Positions 27,942 to 38,017 of a stretch of 64,000 nt of DNA are shown piece by piece. Position 1 is the first letter of the stretch; each line of letters opens with the position of its first letter. A program made the translations under genes and the position numbers. This DNA is from an uncultured delta proteobacterium (GTDB lineage Bacteria; Myxococcota_A; Polyangia; Polyangiales; Polyangiaceae): positions 1,120,001 through 1,184,000 of the forward strand of contig CAWJCS010000002.1 of the NCBI GenBank assembly GCA_963841435.1, read 5' to 3'. Below the pieces are notes generated by a model. The model was given only the letters and a program-made list of their open reading frames with translations, did not search any database and had not been told where the DNA came from.

Positions 27942-29135
27942 TCACGGGGTGACGCACGACACCTGATAGGTGCTGGTGCAATCGCAGAGGTCGCCACTTT
28001 CGCGCGTCCAGCGCTCGGAGGGCACGTAGCCCCGGCCCTCGTCGAGACACATGAAGTCGAGCGCGTCCGGCAGCACCTTCGAAATCAACGGCGCGGAGGA
28101 GAAGCGGTACAGACCGGCGCCCGCGGGACACGCGCTATGAGGCATCCCGCTCATCGGCAACAGGATCGAGAGATAGCGGCCATCGAGCCAGTTGCCCGTC
28201 GGACCGCGCGTCGCCGAGTACATCACGATCATGCCACCGGTGGCGCCGTAGTGAGTGAAGTCGTTGCCCCGCCCCCGTATCAGACCGTCGTGGCCGATGC
28301 TGGTGGAAATGGCTTGCCCGCCCCAGAACTCTATCACCGCCGCATCGAAGCGCTCTCGGCCGACCGTCTCGAGCCGCGCTTCCATGCCGTAGAGCGAGAC
28401 GCCAACCGTGGCGCCGTCGTTTGCCGCCGCGATCGTCGCCGTCCCTGCTGCGCGCACGTAGTAGCCATCCATGTTCGGCGGGAACTGCTCCCGGTGGATG
28501 GGCATGGTCAGCCCGAGTGAATCGAGCTCGGCGAGCACGTCCTTCACGCAAGCGTCGTTCACGATCGTGCCAGGCGCCGCCAAGCCTCCGGGTGAGCCGG
28601 GATCCAGCGGCGCAGCGTCATCCAAGTCGAGGTATCCGTCGTCGTCGTCATCGTCGTCGCAGGGGTCGGTCAGTCCGTCGCCATCGGTATCGGGGGCGTC
28701 CGCGCACGGGTCGGAAGCGTCGCCACCCGCGCCGCCTTCACCAGCCGGCCCTCCGGAATCGCTCTCGCCGCCCGAGTTCTGGGGGCCCGGCCCGTCGCCT
28801 CCACCGCTGCCGCCGCCCGCGGGCTTCCCTGCGTGGCCGGCGGCATCACCGGCAGCCGCGCCCGAGCCACCGTTCGAAGCAGCACCCGCCATCCCGGCTC
28901 CGCCACCCCGGGGTTCGGTCTCGCTGTCCGCGCCGCCCTTGCCGCCGCCGGTCCCGCCATGGCTGCTGCCAGCGCCGCCCTGGCTCCCCAAGGGTTCCAC
29001 ACCAGGTGCGCCCGACTCACCGCCACCCATCCATTCGTAGTCGCCGGCTTTCGCTGGGGTCCGCTTGCATGCGGGCCCCAGCACGCTGCTCAGAGCGATC
29101 CCACAAACGATTGAGAGCCATCGGGTCCTCGTCAT
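27942..29135 (-). CDS. Lipoprotein with Gly-rich linker and thrombospondin type-3-like Ca-binding motif
   Basis: GGAGG RBS; lipobox GPAC; DTDGDGLTDPCDDDDDDDGYLDLDDAAPLDP; Cys-containing C-terminus. Confidence 0.78.
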   Translation of the reverse strand: MTRTRWLSIVCGIALSSVLGPACKRTPAKAGDYEWMGGGESGAPGVEPLGSQGGAGSSHGGTGGGKGGADSETEPRGGGAGMAGAASNGGSGAAAGDAAGHAGKPAGGGSGGGDGPGPQNSGGESDSGGPAGEGGAGGDASDPCADAPDTDGDGLTDPCDDDDDDDGYLDLDDAAPLDPGSPGGLAAPGTIVNDACVKDVLAELDSLGLTMPIHREQFPPNMDGYYVRAAGTATIAAANDGATVGVSLYGMEARLETVGRERFDAAVIEFWGGQAISTSIGHDGLIRGRGNDFTHYGATGGMIVMYSATRGPTGNWLDGRYLSILLPMSGMPHSACPAGAGLYRFSSAPLISKVLPDALDFMCLDEGRGYVPSERWTRESGDLCDCTSTYQVSCVTP

Positions 29136-29348
29136 CGCCGCCCTCCTCAGGGTGCATACCACAAGCTCGTGGCGAGGTGATGAGCTCTCGCCAGCGGCGA
29201 AGTCCGTGACGGCGGCGGCCGGCACGCTCGGGGGCCGGATGCGAGCCAGCGTCGGAGGTCATCGCCGGCTCGTTGGCGCGGAGACGGGCGGGCCGTCATC
29301 TCTGGTTTTCAGAGCCGGGGTGTCGATCTATATGGGCGGAGTAGAGGC

Positions 29349-30725
29349 GTGCAAGAGCTCGAAACGGCCCCGACGGAAAGCGAACGGCTCAGCCGCTCGG
29401 ACTCTGTCCGTGGGCTCGTCTGGGTCCATCCAGAAGACGGCTTCGTCGCTCTGTCGGACGGCAAAGTGAGTCTCGGCCGTGATCGAACGTGCACGGTGCG
29501 ACTGGAGGGGCCCCGCGTGTCACGAGTTCACGCGACCATTCGGCGTGAAGGCGTGCTCCATGTCCTGAAGGACGAGGGCAGTCGCAATGGCACTCGGCGC
29601 AACGGCGAGCCCATCGGCGAGGTGCCACTCGAGGACGACGACGTGGTCCGCATCGGCGACTGGATCGGAGTCGTGGCTCGAGTTCCGGCGGCGGTGGCTC
29701 AGTCCAAGCTGCTCTTCATCGAGCCACTGCCCGGGGTCTTGCTGGGTCCGCGCACGCAGGGGCTCTGGGAGCGGGTTCGCGTCCTTGCCCCGTCGCCCGC
29801 GCACGTGCTCCTGATTGCCCCGACCGGTTGCGGCAAGGAGGTTCTGGCCCGCGCGCTGCACCGAGAGAGCGGGCGAGCGGGGCCGTTCGTGGGCCAAAAT
29901 TGCGCCGCAATGCCCGAGTCGCTCGCGGAGGCCCAACTCTTCGGGCACGTCCGCGGCGCGTTCACCGGCGCTGCCTCCGCGTCGACGGGGCTGTTCGGTG
30001 GGGCCGACGGCGGCACGCTGCTGCTGGACGAAATCGCCGACCTGCCCCTGACCCAACAGGCAAAGCTGCTCCGAGTGATCGAAGAGCGCGCCGTGGTGCC
30101 CCTCGGGGCAGTGACACCGCGCCCGATTGACGTGCGCCTGCTCGCAGCCAGTCAGGTGTCGCTCGCAGAGTACGTCGAGCGTGGTCGCTTCCGGGCCGAT
30201 CTTCTGGCGAGGCTCGGAGGCGCAACGCTCGAGATCCCGCCGCTCTCGGAGCGTCGTGAGGAAACACCGCGCCTCTTCGCGCGCTTCTTCCGAGACGCTG
30301 GCGGGGACCCTCGGCGCTTCCAGGCGTCGCTCGTCGAGCGCCTCTGCACGCTCTATTGGCCCTTCAACGTGCGGCAGCTCAAGCTCGTCGCCGAAAGCAT
30401 GGTGGCGTTCTACCCGGCGGGGCGGCTCAGCGTGTCGCACCTGGATGAATGGCTCGAGGAGAACCGAGGGGGCGCGGCCGGCTCGACGGCGCCGCGCGCT
30501 CCCGAGCCCGTGGCGTCCCGGCTGGAGAGCGAGGAGCGGCCGAGGCCCCCGGGGCGGCGGCGCTCGTCGTGGCTCCGGCGCAACGACGATCAGGCGCGCG
30601 CTCTCAAGGATGCCGTCCGGCGTCATGGAGGCAACGTGTCGAGTGCCGCACGCGAGCTTGGTGTTTCTCGCCAGCGCGCTCAACGTCTGCTCGCTGCCCT
30701 CGAAGAAGCCGAGCGCGCGGGCTAG
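29349..30725 (+). CDS. FHA-domain sigma54-dependent transcriptional activator (bEBP)
   Basis: FHA motifs GR, VSRVHA, GSRNGT; AAA+ motifs [40 protein letters not shown]; Fis-type HTH. Confidence 0.92.
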   Translation: MQELETAPTESERLSRSDSVRGLVWVHPEDGFVALSDGKVSLGRDRTCTVRLEGPRVSRVHATIRREGVLHVLKDEGSRNGTRRNGEPIGEVPLEDDDVVRIGDWIGVVARVPAAVAQSKLLFIEPLPGVLLGPRTQGLWERVRVLAPSPAHVLLIAPTGCGKEVLARALHRESGRAGPFVGQNCAAMPESLAEAQLFGHVRGAFTGAASASTGLFGGADGGTLLLDEIADLPLTQQAKLLRVIEERAVVPLGAVTPRPIDVRLLAASQVSLAEYVERGRFRADLLARLGGATLEIPPLSERREETPRLFARFFRDAGGDPRRFQASLVERLCTLYWPFNVRQLKLVAESMVAFYPAGRLSVSHLDEWLEENRGGAAGSTAPRAPEPVASRLESEERPRPPGRRRSSWLRRNDDQARALKDAVRRHGGNVSSAARELGVSRQRAQRLLAALEEAERAG

Positions 30726-30746
30726 CGTCGCTCCGCGCTTTGCCGT

Positions 30747-31658
30747 TCAGAAGGCGGCGGTCAAGACGCATTGCCCGCCGCGTAGCGAAAGTGCCGCTCG
30801 CGGTTGCTCGGGTTGGGTGAGGACGAGCACGACTCCCGCTCCGAGCAGCGCGGCGCCGGCGCCGAGCGTGCTCCAGCCCACCACCTCGAAGCGCTCGACG
30901 GAGCGAAATGCGGCTCGATTCTCACTCACGGCGCGCTCGTACGCGAGCACGCCGAGCAAGCCCTGCTGGTCGACGACTTCGCCCGACGGTGGCTCTGCGC
31001 CGAGCTCTTGGCGGCCCCGCTCCGCGTCGCGGGCTCGCCCCCCGTTCCAGATCAGGATGCCGGCGCCGGCAGCCACCAGCGCCACGCCCGTCGCACCGAG
31101 CACGATGCCGGTCGTCCGCCCGCGCTCGGCTGACACGAGCGAGTCAACCTCGGCGGGGTGCAAGCAGCCCGGACAGGCCGGACCGACTGCGGGCTTCGTC
31201 GGCGCCTGGCTCGCGGGAGCCGTCGTCTGGGGTGGGCGCGGCTCGGCCATCGCGTCCGTCTCGTTGCGAGCGTCCGTCGCTTCGTCGGCGTCGGCGTGAC
31301 TCTGCGCTTCGCGGCGGTCGAGCTCTTCGAGCAGTCGTTGGATGTCGGTGCGCTGCTCCGAGGTCTCGGGGCCTGCATCGGCGAGAAACTGCTCCGCGTG
31401 CCGGCGTGCCTCGTCGAGCTCGCCGAGATCGAAGCACACCCGAGCGAGGTTGTAGAGGACCGACGGGTGCGGGCTCTCCGCGAAGGCGCGCTCGAACTCT
31501 TCTTTTGCGGGCCGTAGCTCGCCATGACGCACGAGCTCGATGGCTCGGACATAGTGGTCGTGCGCGGCTTGGGGGCTCGCGCGGACCACGGGTGAGCTCA
31601 CAGCGACGCTGAGCGTGACGGCCCAGGCGGCGACTCCCGAGCACCGGCGGAGCTTCAT
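30747..31658 (-). CDS. Exported TPR protein with C-terminal membrane segments
   Basis: Signal peptide; TPR-like A..EFERAF..SPHPSVLYNLARV; two C-terminal hydrophobic helices; overlaps the kinase stop. Confidence 0.8.
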   Translation of the reverse strand: MKLRRCSGVAAWAVTLSVAVSSPVVRASPQAAHDHYVRAIELVRHGELRPAKEEFERAFAESPHPSVLYNLARVCFDLGELDEARRHAEQFLADAGPETSEQRTDIQRLLEELDRREAQSHADADEATDARNETDAMAEPRPPQTTAPASQAPTKPAVGPACPGCLHPAEVDSLVSAERGRTTGIVLGATGVALVAAGAGILIWNGGRARDAERGRQELGAEPPSGEVVDQQGLLGVLAYERAVSENRAAFRSVERFEVVGWSTLGAGAALLGAGVVLVLTQPEQPRAALSLRGGQCVLTAAF

Positions 31659-33100
31659 GGCCCGCGATTCGCTTCGCTGTGCGCGTAGGGACTGGCGACG
31701 ATGTAGCCGGACGGCATTTCCTCTGCCGGCTCCTTGGGGAAGGCTCCAACGCTCGTCGTTTTCGGTTCCGCGCTCGGTCGGCCGGAGGCAGCTTCAGCGC
31801 TCGGCGCGGCGGCCGCTCGCGATCGCGCGCTCGGTGCGCTCCTCTGCGTGCGCGGCTCGGGAGCTCGGGGTGGTGCCGCCGCGGCGGTGACGGGAGCCGG
31901 GAGCGTTTCCTCCGATTTTATCGGGGCGGCGGTGCGTGCGGGCGCTGGGCGAGCCGCGCTTTGTCCGGGAGTAGCGAGGGGCGGCGCGGCGGCGCGGACG
32001 TGTGCCGCGTCATCGACGACCGCCGGTGTGGGCGTGGGGCGGGCGGGAAGGTAAAAAGCGGTCGTCGCCAGCGTGCCGAGCGCCGCACCCCCGATCCCAC
32101 TCATGACGAAGCCCCACCCGAAACGGCGACGCGCGGCGGCAAGCGATGCCGGACGCGCCACGCTTGCGGACAGCGCGGTTGCCTCGTCGGTGCCCGCCAG
32201 TTGCGCACTGTCCGGCACGAGATCGAGGGTGCCGCCGTTCGCGCCCAGCGCCTTCGCGAAATCGAGCGCCGTCGGGAAGCGCGCCTCCGAGGACTTCTCG
32301 AGCGCGCGCTCGACCGCAAGGCACAAGTCGGGTGAGAGATCGGGGCGCAGCTCGGCGAGCGGCTTGTGCGGGCCATTCAGGATCTGAAAGAGCGTTTCGT
32401 TGTAGGAGCCGCCGTCGTACGGCCGCCGTCCCGCGAGCGCTTCGTAGACCACGGCACCCAGCGCGTAAATGTCCGTTGCCGCCGTGAGCACCTTCTCGCC
32501 GCGCGCCTGCTCCGGAGCCATGTAGGCCGCCGTCCCGATCGCAGTGTCCGTCGCCGTCACGGTCTCCATCGCTCCGTCGTGCTGGCGGGCAATGCCGAAG
32601 TCGAGCAGCTTGACGAGCAAGCGGCCGTCGGCGTGGCGGGTCAGCATGATGTTTTCGGGCTTGAGGTCACGATGAACGACGCCCTCGCCGTGGGCGTAGC
32701 CGAGCCCGCGCGCGACCTGCGTGACGATCTCGAGGATGCGGTCAACCGAGCGAACGCCCGACTCCTGGAACTCCGTGCGCAGAGTGCGACCGCGTAGGTA
32801 TTCGAGCACCAGATAAGCGCCGAATTCTCCGGCCACACCCGCGTCGATCAGCGCCACGATGTTCTCGTGCGCCAGGCGGCCGAGCAGCGACGCTTCGCGG
32901 TCGAAGCGTCGGCGAGCGCTCGGCCGGCTCGCCAGGTGCTCGCGCAGGACCTTGACGGCACAGCAACGTCCGAGGCGGAGGTCCTCCGCCTCGTAGACGG
33001 ATCCCATCCCTCCACTGCCAATCAAGCGGCCGAGTCGGTACCGGCCCGCAATGGTCCGGTTCGGAACCTCGTCCGTGGTCGTTTGAAGTCCACCCGTCAA
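31655..33100 (-). CDS. Hanks-type Ser/Thr protein kinase with TM segment
   Basis: IGSGGMGSVY, AVKVL, HRDLKPENI, DFGIA, GTAAYMAPEQ, DIYALG. Confidence 0.95.
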   Translation of the reverse strand: MTGGLQTTTDEVPNRTIAGRYRLGRLIGSGGMGSVYEAEDLRLGRCCAVKVLREHLASRPSARRRFDREASLLGRLAHENIVALIDAGVAGEFGAYLVLEYLRGRTLRTEFQESGVRSVDRILEIVTQVARGLGYAHGEGVVHRDLKPENIMLTRHADGRLLVKLLDFGIARQHDGAMETVTATDTAIGTAAYMAPEQARGEKVLTAATDIYALGAVVYEALAGRRPYDGGSYNETLFQILNGPHKPLAELRPDLSPDLCLAVERALEKSSEARFPTALDFAKALGANGGTLDLVPDSAQLAGTDEATALSASVARPASLAAARRRFGWGFVMSGIGGAALGTLATTAFYLPARPTPTPAVVDDAAHVRAAAPPLATPGQSAARPAPARTAAPIKSEETLPAPVTAAAAPPRAPEPRTQRSAPSARSRAAAAPSAEAASGRPSAEPKTTSVGAFPKEPAEEMPSGYIVASPYAHSEANRGP

Positions 33101-33197
33101 CGTGCCGAGCCATAGCCGTGTCGCTTCCGCGACGCCAGCCCTCGCCGGGCGCGGGTCACGGCCCGCGTTTCTTTGCGACCGAGTGGTCGGTTCGTGC

Positions 33198-34829
33198 TCA
33201 GGCGTTCGCCTTGAGCGCGTCGAAGCCGCCGGGGCTGTGAATCGTCGGCGGGTTCGAGCCGCCGCCGACGAAATCCTCGGTCTTGTCGTACATACCGAAC
33301 TTCGTAACTTCCTCGCTGCCGCCCTTCTGCGGGAAGCCGTCGCTGCCGGCCTTCACGCCGAGAGCGTTCATGAGGCTCACGTAGTACTTGTTGATGGGCG
33401 CATTCGCGAGCGACGGATCGGTGCCGGTATTCTGGGTGGTCGCATCGACCCGGGTCGAGGTCCCTGGGGCGCAGACAATCTCGCTGTTGCCTCTCGTGAG
33501 GTCCGGTGCTCCGTCCTCGACGTTGACGACCCAGCCCGTCTTGAAATACCCCCCGGCGCCGCCAACCTGGATGATCGGCAGATTGTTGAGATTGCGGGCG
33601 CAGCCGTCGGACACTTCCTGGAACCAGACCGTGGCGGTGTTGTCGAGCAGCTTCACGTCGCCCTCGTCGATGCTGTCCAAGAGGTCGACGAGACGTGCGA
33701 ACTTCCGCGTGTGGTAGTCGTCGATCTTGAGGATCTGGTCGATGACGCCGTCAACGCAGGTGCCCGTGAGCGACGCGCTGCCGACGCGGCCCGCGAGGCT
33801 GTAGGTGTCGATGTCGACGCCGAGGCCTTGGAAGACGTACGATCCAGGATACTTGAGGACGATGACGGGGTTCGCGTTGCAGAGCGCCGCGAGGACGGCG
33901 AGAGACGAGTACAGATCGGCCCCGTCGAGGCCCGACGTGATCGATCGGGTGAGTGGATCACCCGTGGAGCTCTGATTCTGGAACGCGTCAACGTTGTCTT
34001 GCGTGACCAGGAGCGCGTCCGCCGTCTCTTGTGTGCACTGCGCGGGGATCATCCCCTGCGTCTGATGAAGTAGCTCTTTCCACGCTTCGAGCTTGCGCTG
34101 GTCCGACTGACTCATGTCGAAGCGCTCGAGGGTATCGAGGTCGTCCTTGACCAGGTCGAGCACGCTCCGGCCGCGAGCCGCCTGGTACGAGTCCGGAGAG
34201 ACCGAGCCACCCCCGAACAGCCCCGTGAGGCTGCTGAACACTTGCGACGGCACACCGAGCCCGGGGTAGGGCGTCTCCGCGGCGGAATACGAGATATTCG
34301 AAAAAGCGGATTCGCTGAAGTTGCCCACGCGCATGAAGAGCGGTGTGCCGGACGGGCTCAGCTGCTCTGCGATCACGTGATCGAGCGATGGCCCCACCGC
34401 CTTGGCGTTGAACTTCGTCGCCGAATCGAAGCTGAAGGGGTCGTTGCTGTTGGGAGCCACCGGTTGGCAGGTGAGATAGGACGCACACGCTTGCAGGTGC
34501 GAGTCGTTGCCCTGGCCGCGCACCATGGTGGTCGTCCATTCGTTCATGGCGCGGATACCGCGTGGCACGAGCATCTTGCCGACGTAGGGGGCGAGATGCT
34601 TCAGCGTCGTGGGCTCCAGATCGGCGGCACTGAGCGGACCGTGCGAACCTTGCGGGAAGAAGCGCGTGGTGATGCAACCACAGTGCGTGAACATCGCGAT
34701 CAATCGCCGCGGTGGCGCTTCCGACTGTGCCTTGACCGAGCGGCTCCCGAGGGAGCCGAGGAACGGCGCCGCCACGCAGGCGCCCCCGAGCCCTCGCAGG
34801 AAGATCCTTCGGTCCAGCCGCTTCGGCAT
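33198..34829 (-). CDS. DUF1552 family protein (orphan, His motifs degenerate)
   Basis: DRRIFLRGLGG..VAAPFL, GPSLDHVIA, SVLDLV..DL, LLDNTATVWFQEVSDG, NLPII.VGGAGGYFKTG. Confidence 0.85.
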   Translation of the reverse strand: MPKRLDRRIFLRGLGGACVAAPFLGSLGSRSVKAQSEAPPRRLIAMFTHCGCITTRFFPQGSHGPLSAADLEPTTLKHLAPYVGKMLVPRGIRAMNEWTTTMVRGQGNDSHLQACASYLTCQPVAPNSNDPFSFDSATKFNAKAVGPSLDHVIAEQLSPSGTPLFMRVGNFSESAFSNISYSAAETPYPGLGVPSQVFSSLTGLFGGGSVSPDSYQAARGRSVLDLVKDDLDTLERFDMSQSDQRKLEAWKELLHQTQGMIPAQCTQETADALLVTQDNVDAFQNQSSTGDPLTRSITSGLDGADLYSSLAVLAALCNANPVIVLKYPGSYVFQGLGVDIDTYSLAGRVGSASLTGTCVDGVIDQILKIDDYHTRKFARLVDLLDSIDEGDVKLLDNTATVWFQEVSDGCARNLNNLPIIQVGGAGGYFKTGWVVNVEDGAPDLTRGNSEIVCAPGTSTRVDATTQNTGTDPSLANAPINKYYVSLMNALGVKAGSDGFPQKGGSEEVTKFGMYDKTEDFVGGGSNPPTIHSPGGFDALKANA

Positions 34830-35016
34830 CCACCGCATGCATCGGACAATGCCCGGTCTCGGCCATCCGTATGCTGGGCCGCGCTTGGCCGGGGCGAACG
34901 GCTCCGCCCGCAGGGGCTGCACGGGGCCGGCGGAAGGCCGTGCGGCGTCTTGCTACGTGCTTTGTCGAACTCCCGATCGACGGGTCGCGAGTCAGTAAGC
35001 GAAGGAGTGCCCCGCG

Positions 35017-36642
35017 ATGACCCTGCGCTTACCCTTTGCTTCGAGCGCCGTCGCCCTTTCCGTCGCCGTTGCAGCTTGCGGCAACGGCGACGCGAATCCC
35101 GATCCCGGCGGGCGGGCCGGGACCGGCGGGAGCGGCCTTGCGGGCCAAGGCGGTCGCTCTGCCGCCGGGGGCGGGAACGGTGGGGCGGCCGCAGGGGCTG
35201 CGGCCGTGGGTGGCGGCGCGGGCAGCGGCGCAGGCGGCAGCACGCCGACCGGTGGCGCCAGTGGTGCCCCGAACGGGGGCGCCGGCAGCGGCGGCATGCC
35301 ACAGGGAGGAACGCCGGCAGGCGGGAGCTCCGGGGCCGGCGGCGAGTCGGGCGGCGGGGTGGCGGGTATCGCGGGCGCGAGCGGTGCCACCGCAGGCGGC
35401 ATGGCTGGGATGGCCGGTGCGTCCGGCGCGGGCGGCGTGGCGGGGAGGGGCGGCCGTGGCGGTGCGGGTGCTGGCGGCACGAGCGGCAGTGCCGGGACGA
35501 GTGGCGCGGGCGGCGGCGCGAGCGACATCCTCGGCGCGACACCCCCGATGGGCTGGAACTCGTGGAACACGTTCCAGTGCAGCATCAGCGAGTCGCTCAT
35601 CAAAGGCGTCGCCGACACGATGGTGAGCAGCGGCATGCAGGCGGCCGGCTACGACTACGTCAATCTCGACGATTGCTGGATGGACGGGCGGGACGGCAGC
35701 GGCAACCTACGCTGGAACACCAGCAAATTCCCGGCGGGCATCCCCGCGCTTGCCGACTACGTGCACGGCAAGGGTTTGAAATTCGGCATCTACGAGTCCG
35801 CCAACACCGCGACCTGCGTCGGGCTCTACGGTGGCATCGACAAGGCAGTCGCGGTTGGCAGCCTCGGGAACGAAGCGAAGGACGCGGCGACGTTCGCCTC
35901 GTGGGGCGTCAACTTTCTCAAGTACGATCTGTGCGCGGGTCAGCGGTCCTCCCTCGTGACGATGGGCACGGCCTTGCGCGCGGGGACGCGGCCCATCCTC
36001 TACAGCATCAACCCGGGCAACGGCCAAACCGATCTCGATCCACCCAAGCCGAACTGGGACATGCAGGGGGTCGCCAACATCTGGCGCATCGGCTTCGACA
36101 TCAACGCGTCCTTTGGGTCCGTGACCCAGCTGATCGACGAGAACAGCGGACTTTACAGCTACGCCGGCCCCGGCCATTTCAACGACCCGGACATGCTGGA
36201 GGTGGGCAAGCTCGCCAACGTCAACGAAGATCGCTCCCATTTCGCAATGTGGGCCATCATGGCGGCACCGCTCATCGCCGGGAACGACATCCGCAGCATG
36301 AGCACGACCACCCGCGACATCCTCACCAACACCGAGATCATCGCGGTCGATCAAGACCCACTCGGCCTCCAGGGCCGCCGCGTCTCTGCTTCCGGCGCGA
36401 CGCTCGACGTATGGTCGAAGACGCTCTCGGGAACGAACGTGCGCGCCGTGGCTCTGCTCAACCGCGGCGGTAGCGCGGCTTCGATCTCCGTCAACTGGAC
36501 CGATCTGGGGCTCCCCGCTGGGGCCGCCACCGTACGCGATCTTTGGGCCCACACCGATCTCGGCAGCTTCACCGGGAGCTACACCGCATCGAACGTGCCG
36601 TCGCACGGCGTGGCGATGCTGAAGGTAACGAGCGCGCCGTAG
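35017..36642 (+). CDS. GH27 alpha-galactosidase-family lipoprotein with Gly-rich linker
   Basis: Lipobox VAAC; TPPMGWNSWN, VNLDDCW, GLKFGIY, WGVNFLKYD, WRI..DI, FNDPDMLEVG, C-terminal beta-sandwich. Confidence 0.92.
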   Translation: MTLRLPFASSAVALSVAVAACGNGDANPDPGGRAGTGGSGLAGQGGRSAAGGGNGGAAAGAAAVGGGAGSGAGGSTPTGGASGAPNGGAGSGGMPQGGTPAGGSSGAGGESGGGVAGIAGASGATAGGMAGMAGASGAGGVAGRGGRGGAGAGGTSGSAGTSGAGGGASDILGATPPMGWNSWNTFQCSISESLIKGVADTMVSSGMQAAGYDYVNLDDCWMDGRDGSGNLRWNTSKFPAGIPALADYVHGKGLKFGIYESANTATCVGLYGGIDKAVAVGSLGNEAKDAATFASWGVNFLKYDLCAGQRSSLVTMGTALRAGTRPILYSINPGNGQTDLDPPKPNWDMQGVANIWRIGFDINASFGSVTQLIDENSGLYSYAGPGHFNDPDMLEVGKLANVNEDRSHFAMWAIMAAPLIAGNDIRSMSTTTRDILTNTEIIAVDQDPLGLQGRRVSASGATLDVWSKTLSGTNVRAVALLNRGGSAASISVNWTDLGLPAGAATVRDLWAHTDLGSFTGSYTASNVPSHGVAMLKVTSAP

Positions 36643-36661
36643 TCGCCCGCTGAGGCTCTCT

Positions 36662-38017
36662 TCAGGCACCAGCCGGTCGCCACTCGAGGAGGTCGTGCTC
36701 GGTGAGCTTGTTGTAGAGCGAGCGGCGGCTCAGGCCGAGCAGGCGGGCGGCGCGGGCGCGCACGTTGCCCGCGCGCGTGAGCGCAAGCACGATGGCGGCA
36801 CGCTCCGCTTCGCGGCGCGTCGTCACGAGATCGGTCGTCAGTGAGGTATGGCTCCCCGAACGGGCGGCGTCCCGGGCGAGCTCGCGTTCGACGTCGGCGC
36901 GCTCGATGGTGGCCCCGTCGGTGAACACGACCAGGCGCTCGACGAAGTTTTCGAGCTGGCGGACGTTGCCCGGCCAGGCCTGCTCCTCGAGCGCGAGAAG
37001 GGCAGCCTTCGAAACCTCGACCGGGGGGCGGCCGTTCGCGGCGGCCGAGCGCGCCATGAAGTGCGAAACCAGCGGCTCGATGTCCTGGGCGCGCTCCCTG
37101 AGCGGCGGCACCCGGATCGGGATGGCGAGCCGAAAGTAGAGGTCCTGGCGAAACTGCCCGCGCTCGATCAGCGGCTCGAGCTCCTTGTTGGTCGCCGTGA
37201 CGAAGCGCACGTCGACCTTGACGGTCTCGGTGCCGCCGAGACGCTCGAGCTCCCGCGTTTCGAGCAGCCTGAGGAGCTTCACCTGCGTCGAAAGCGGGTA
37301 CTCCCCGATCTCGTCCAAAAACAGCGTGCCGCGATGGGCGAGCTCCACGCGCCCCGGCTTGACCTTCGTCGCGCCGGTGAACGCGCCCTTCTCGTAGCCG
37401 AAGAGCTCGCTCTCGATCAGTTGCTCGGGCAGCGCAGCGCAGTTCACCGCGACGAAAGGCTCGGCCGCACGCGGGCTCGAAGCGTGAATCGCGCGCGCGA
37501 CGAGCTCCTTGCCCGTCCCGTTCTCACCGTGCACGAGCACGGTCGCGGTCCCGGCGGCGGCACGCCGGATCGCGTCCCGAAGCGGACCGAGGTCACCGAC
37601 CAGCGGTAGCGTCGCGTCGGTCGCGGGTGGTTCACCGACCTCGCGAGCGAGCCCGAGCGCCGCGCTCACCACCGCGAGCACCTCGGCGCAATCGAACGGC
37701 TTGGCGAGAAAATCCGTTGCGCCGAGCTTGATCGCCTCGACGGCCACGCGAACGCTGCCGAACGCCGTCACCACGATGACGGGCACGTCGGGCCAGAGCG
37801 CGCGGGATTGCCGCAGGAGGTCCATCCCGTCCATGCCGGGCATCCTGAGGTCCGTCACCATGACGTCCATCGCGCCCGAGGCGAGCTTCTCGAGCGCTTC
37901 CTCGGCGGTCGCCGCTTCGACGACCTGGATGGAGGCCTGGTGGAGCTGCGCCGCGAGCACCGTTCGCACGGCGGCGTCATCGTCCACGACGAGCACTCGT
38001 TGGGAGACCTTGCTCAT
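36662..38017 (-). CDS. Sigma54-dependent response regulator (NtrC/ZraR/AtoC family)
   Basis: Receiver motifs VVDDD, TDLRMPGMDG, KP; GENGTGKE, ESELFGYEKGAFTGA, WPGNVRQL; HTH. Confidence 0.95.
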   Translation of the reverse strand: MSKVSQRVLVVDDDAAVRTVLAAQLHQASIQVVEAATAEEALEKLASGAMDVMVTDLRMPGMDGMDLLRQSRALWPDVPVIVVTAFGSVRVAVEAIKLGATDFLAKPFDCAEVLAVVSAALGLAREVGEPPATDATLPLVGDLGPLRDAIRRAAAGTATVLVHGENGTGKELVARAIHASSPRAAEPFVAVNCAALPEQLIESELFGYEKGAFTGATKVKPGRVELAHRGTLFLDEIGEYPLSTQVKLLRLLETRELERLGGTETVKVDVRFVTATNKELEPLIERGQFRQDLYFRLAIPIRVPPLRERAQDIEPLVSHFMARSAAANGRPPVEVSKAALLALEEQAWPGNVRQLENFVERLVVFTDGATIERADVERELARDAARSGSHTSLTTDLVTTRREAERAAIVLALTRAGNVRARAARLLGLSRRSLYNKLTEHDLLEWRPAGA

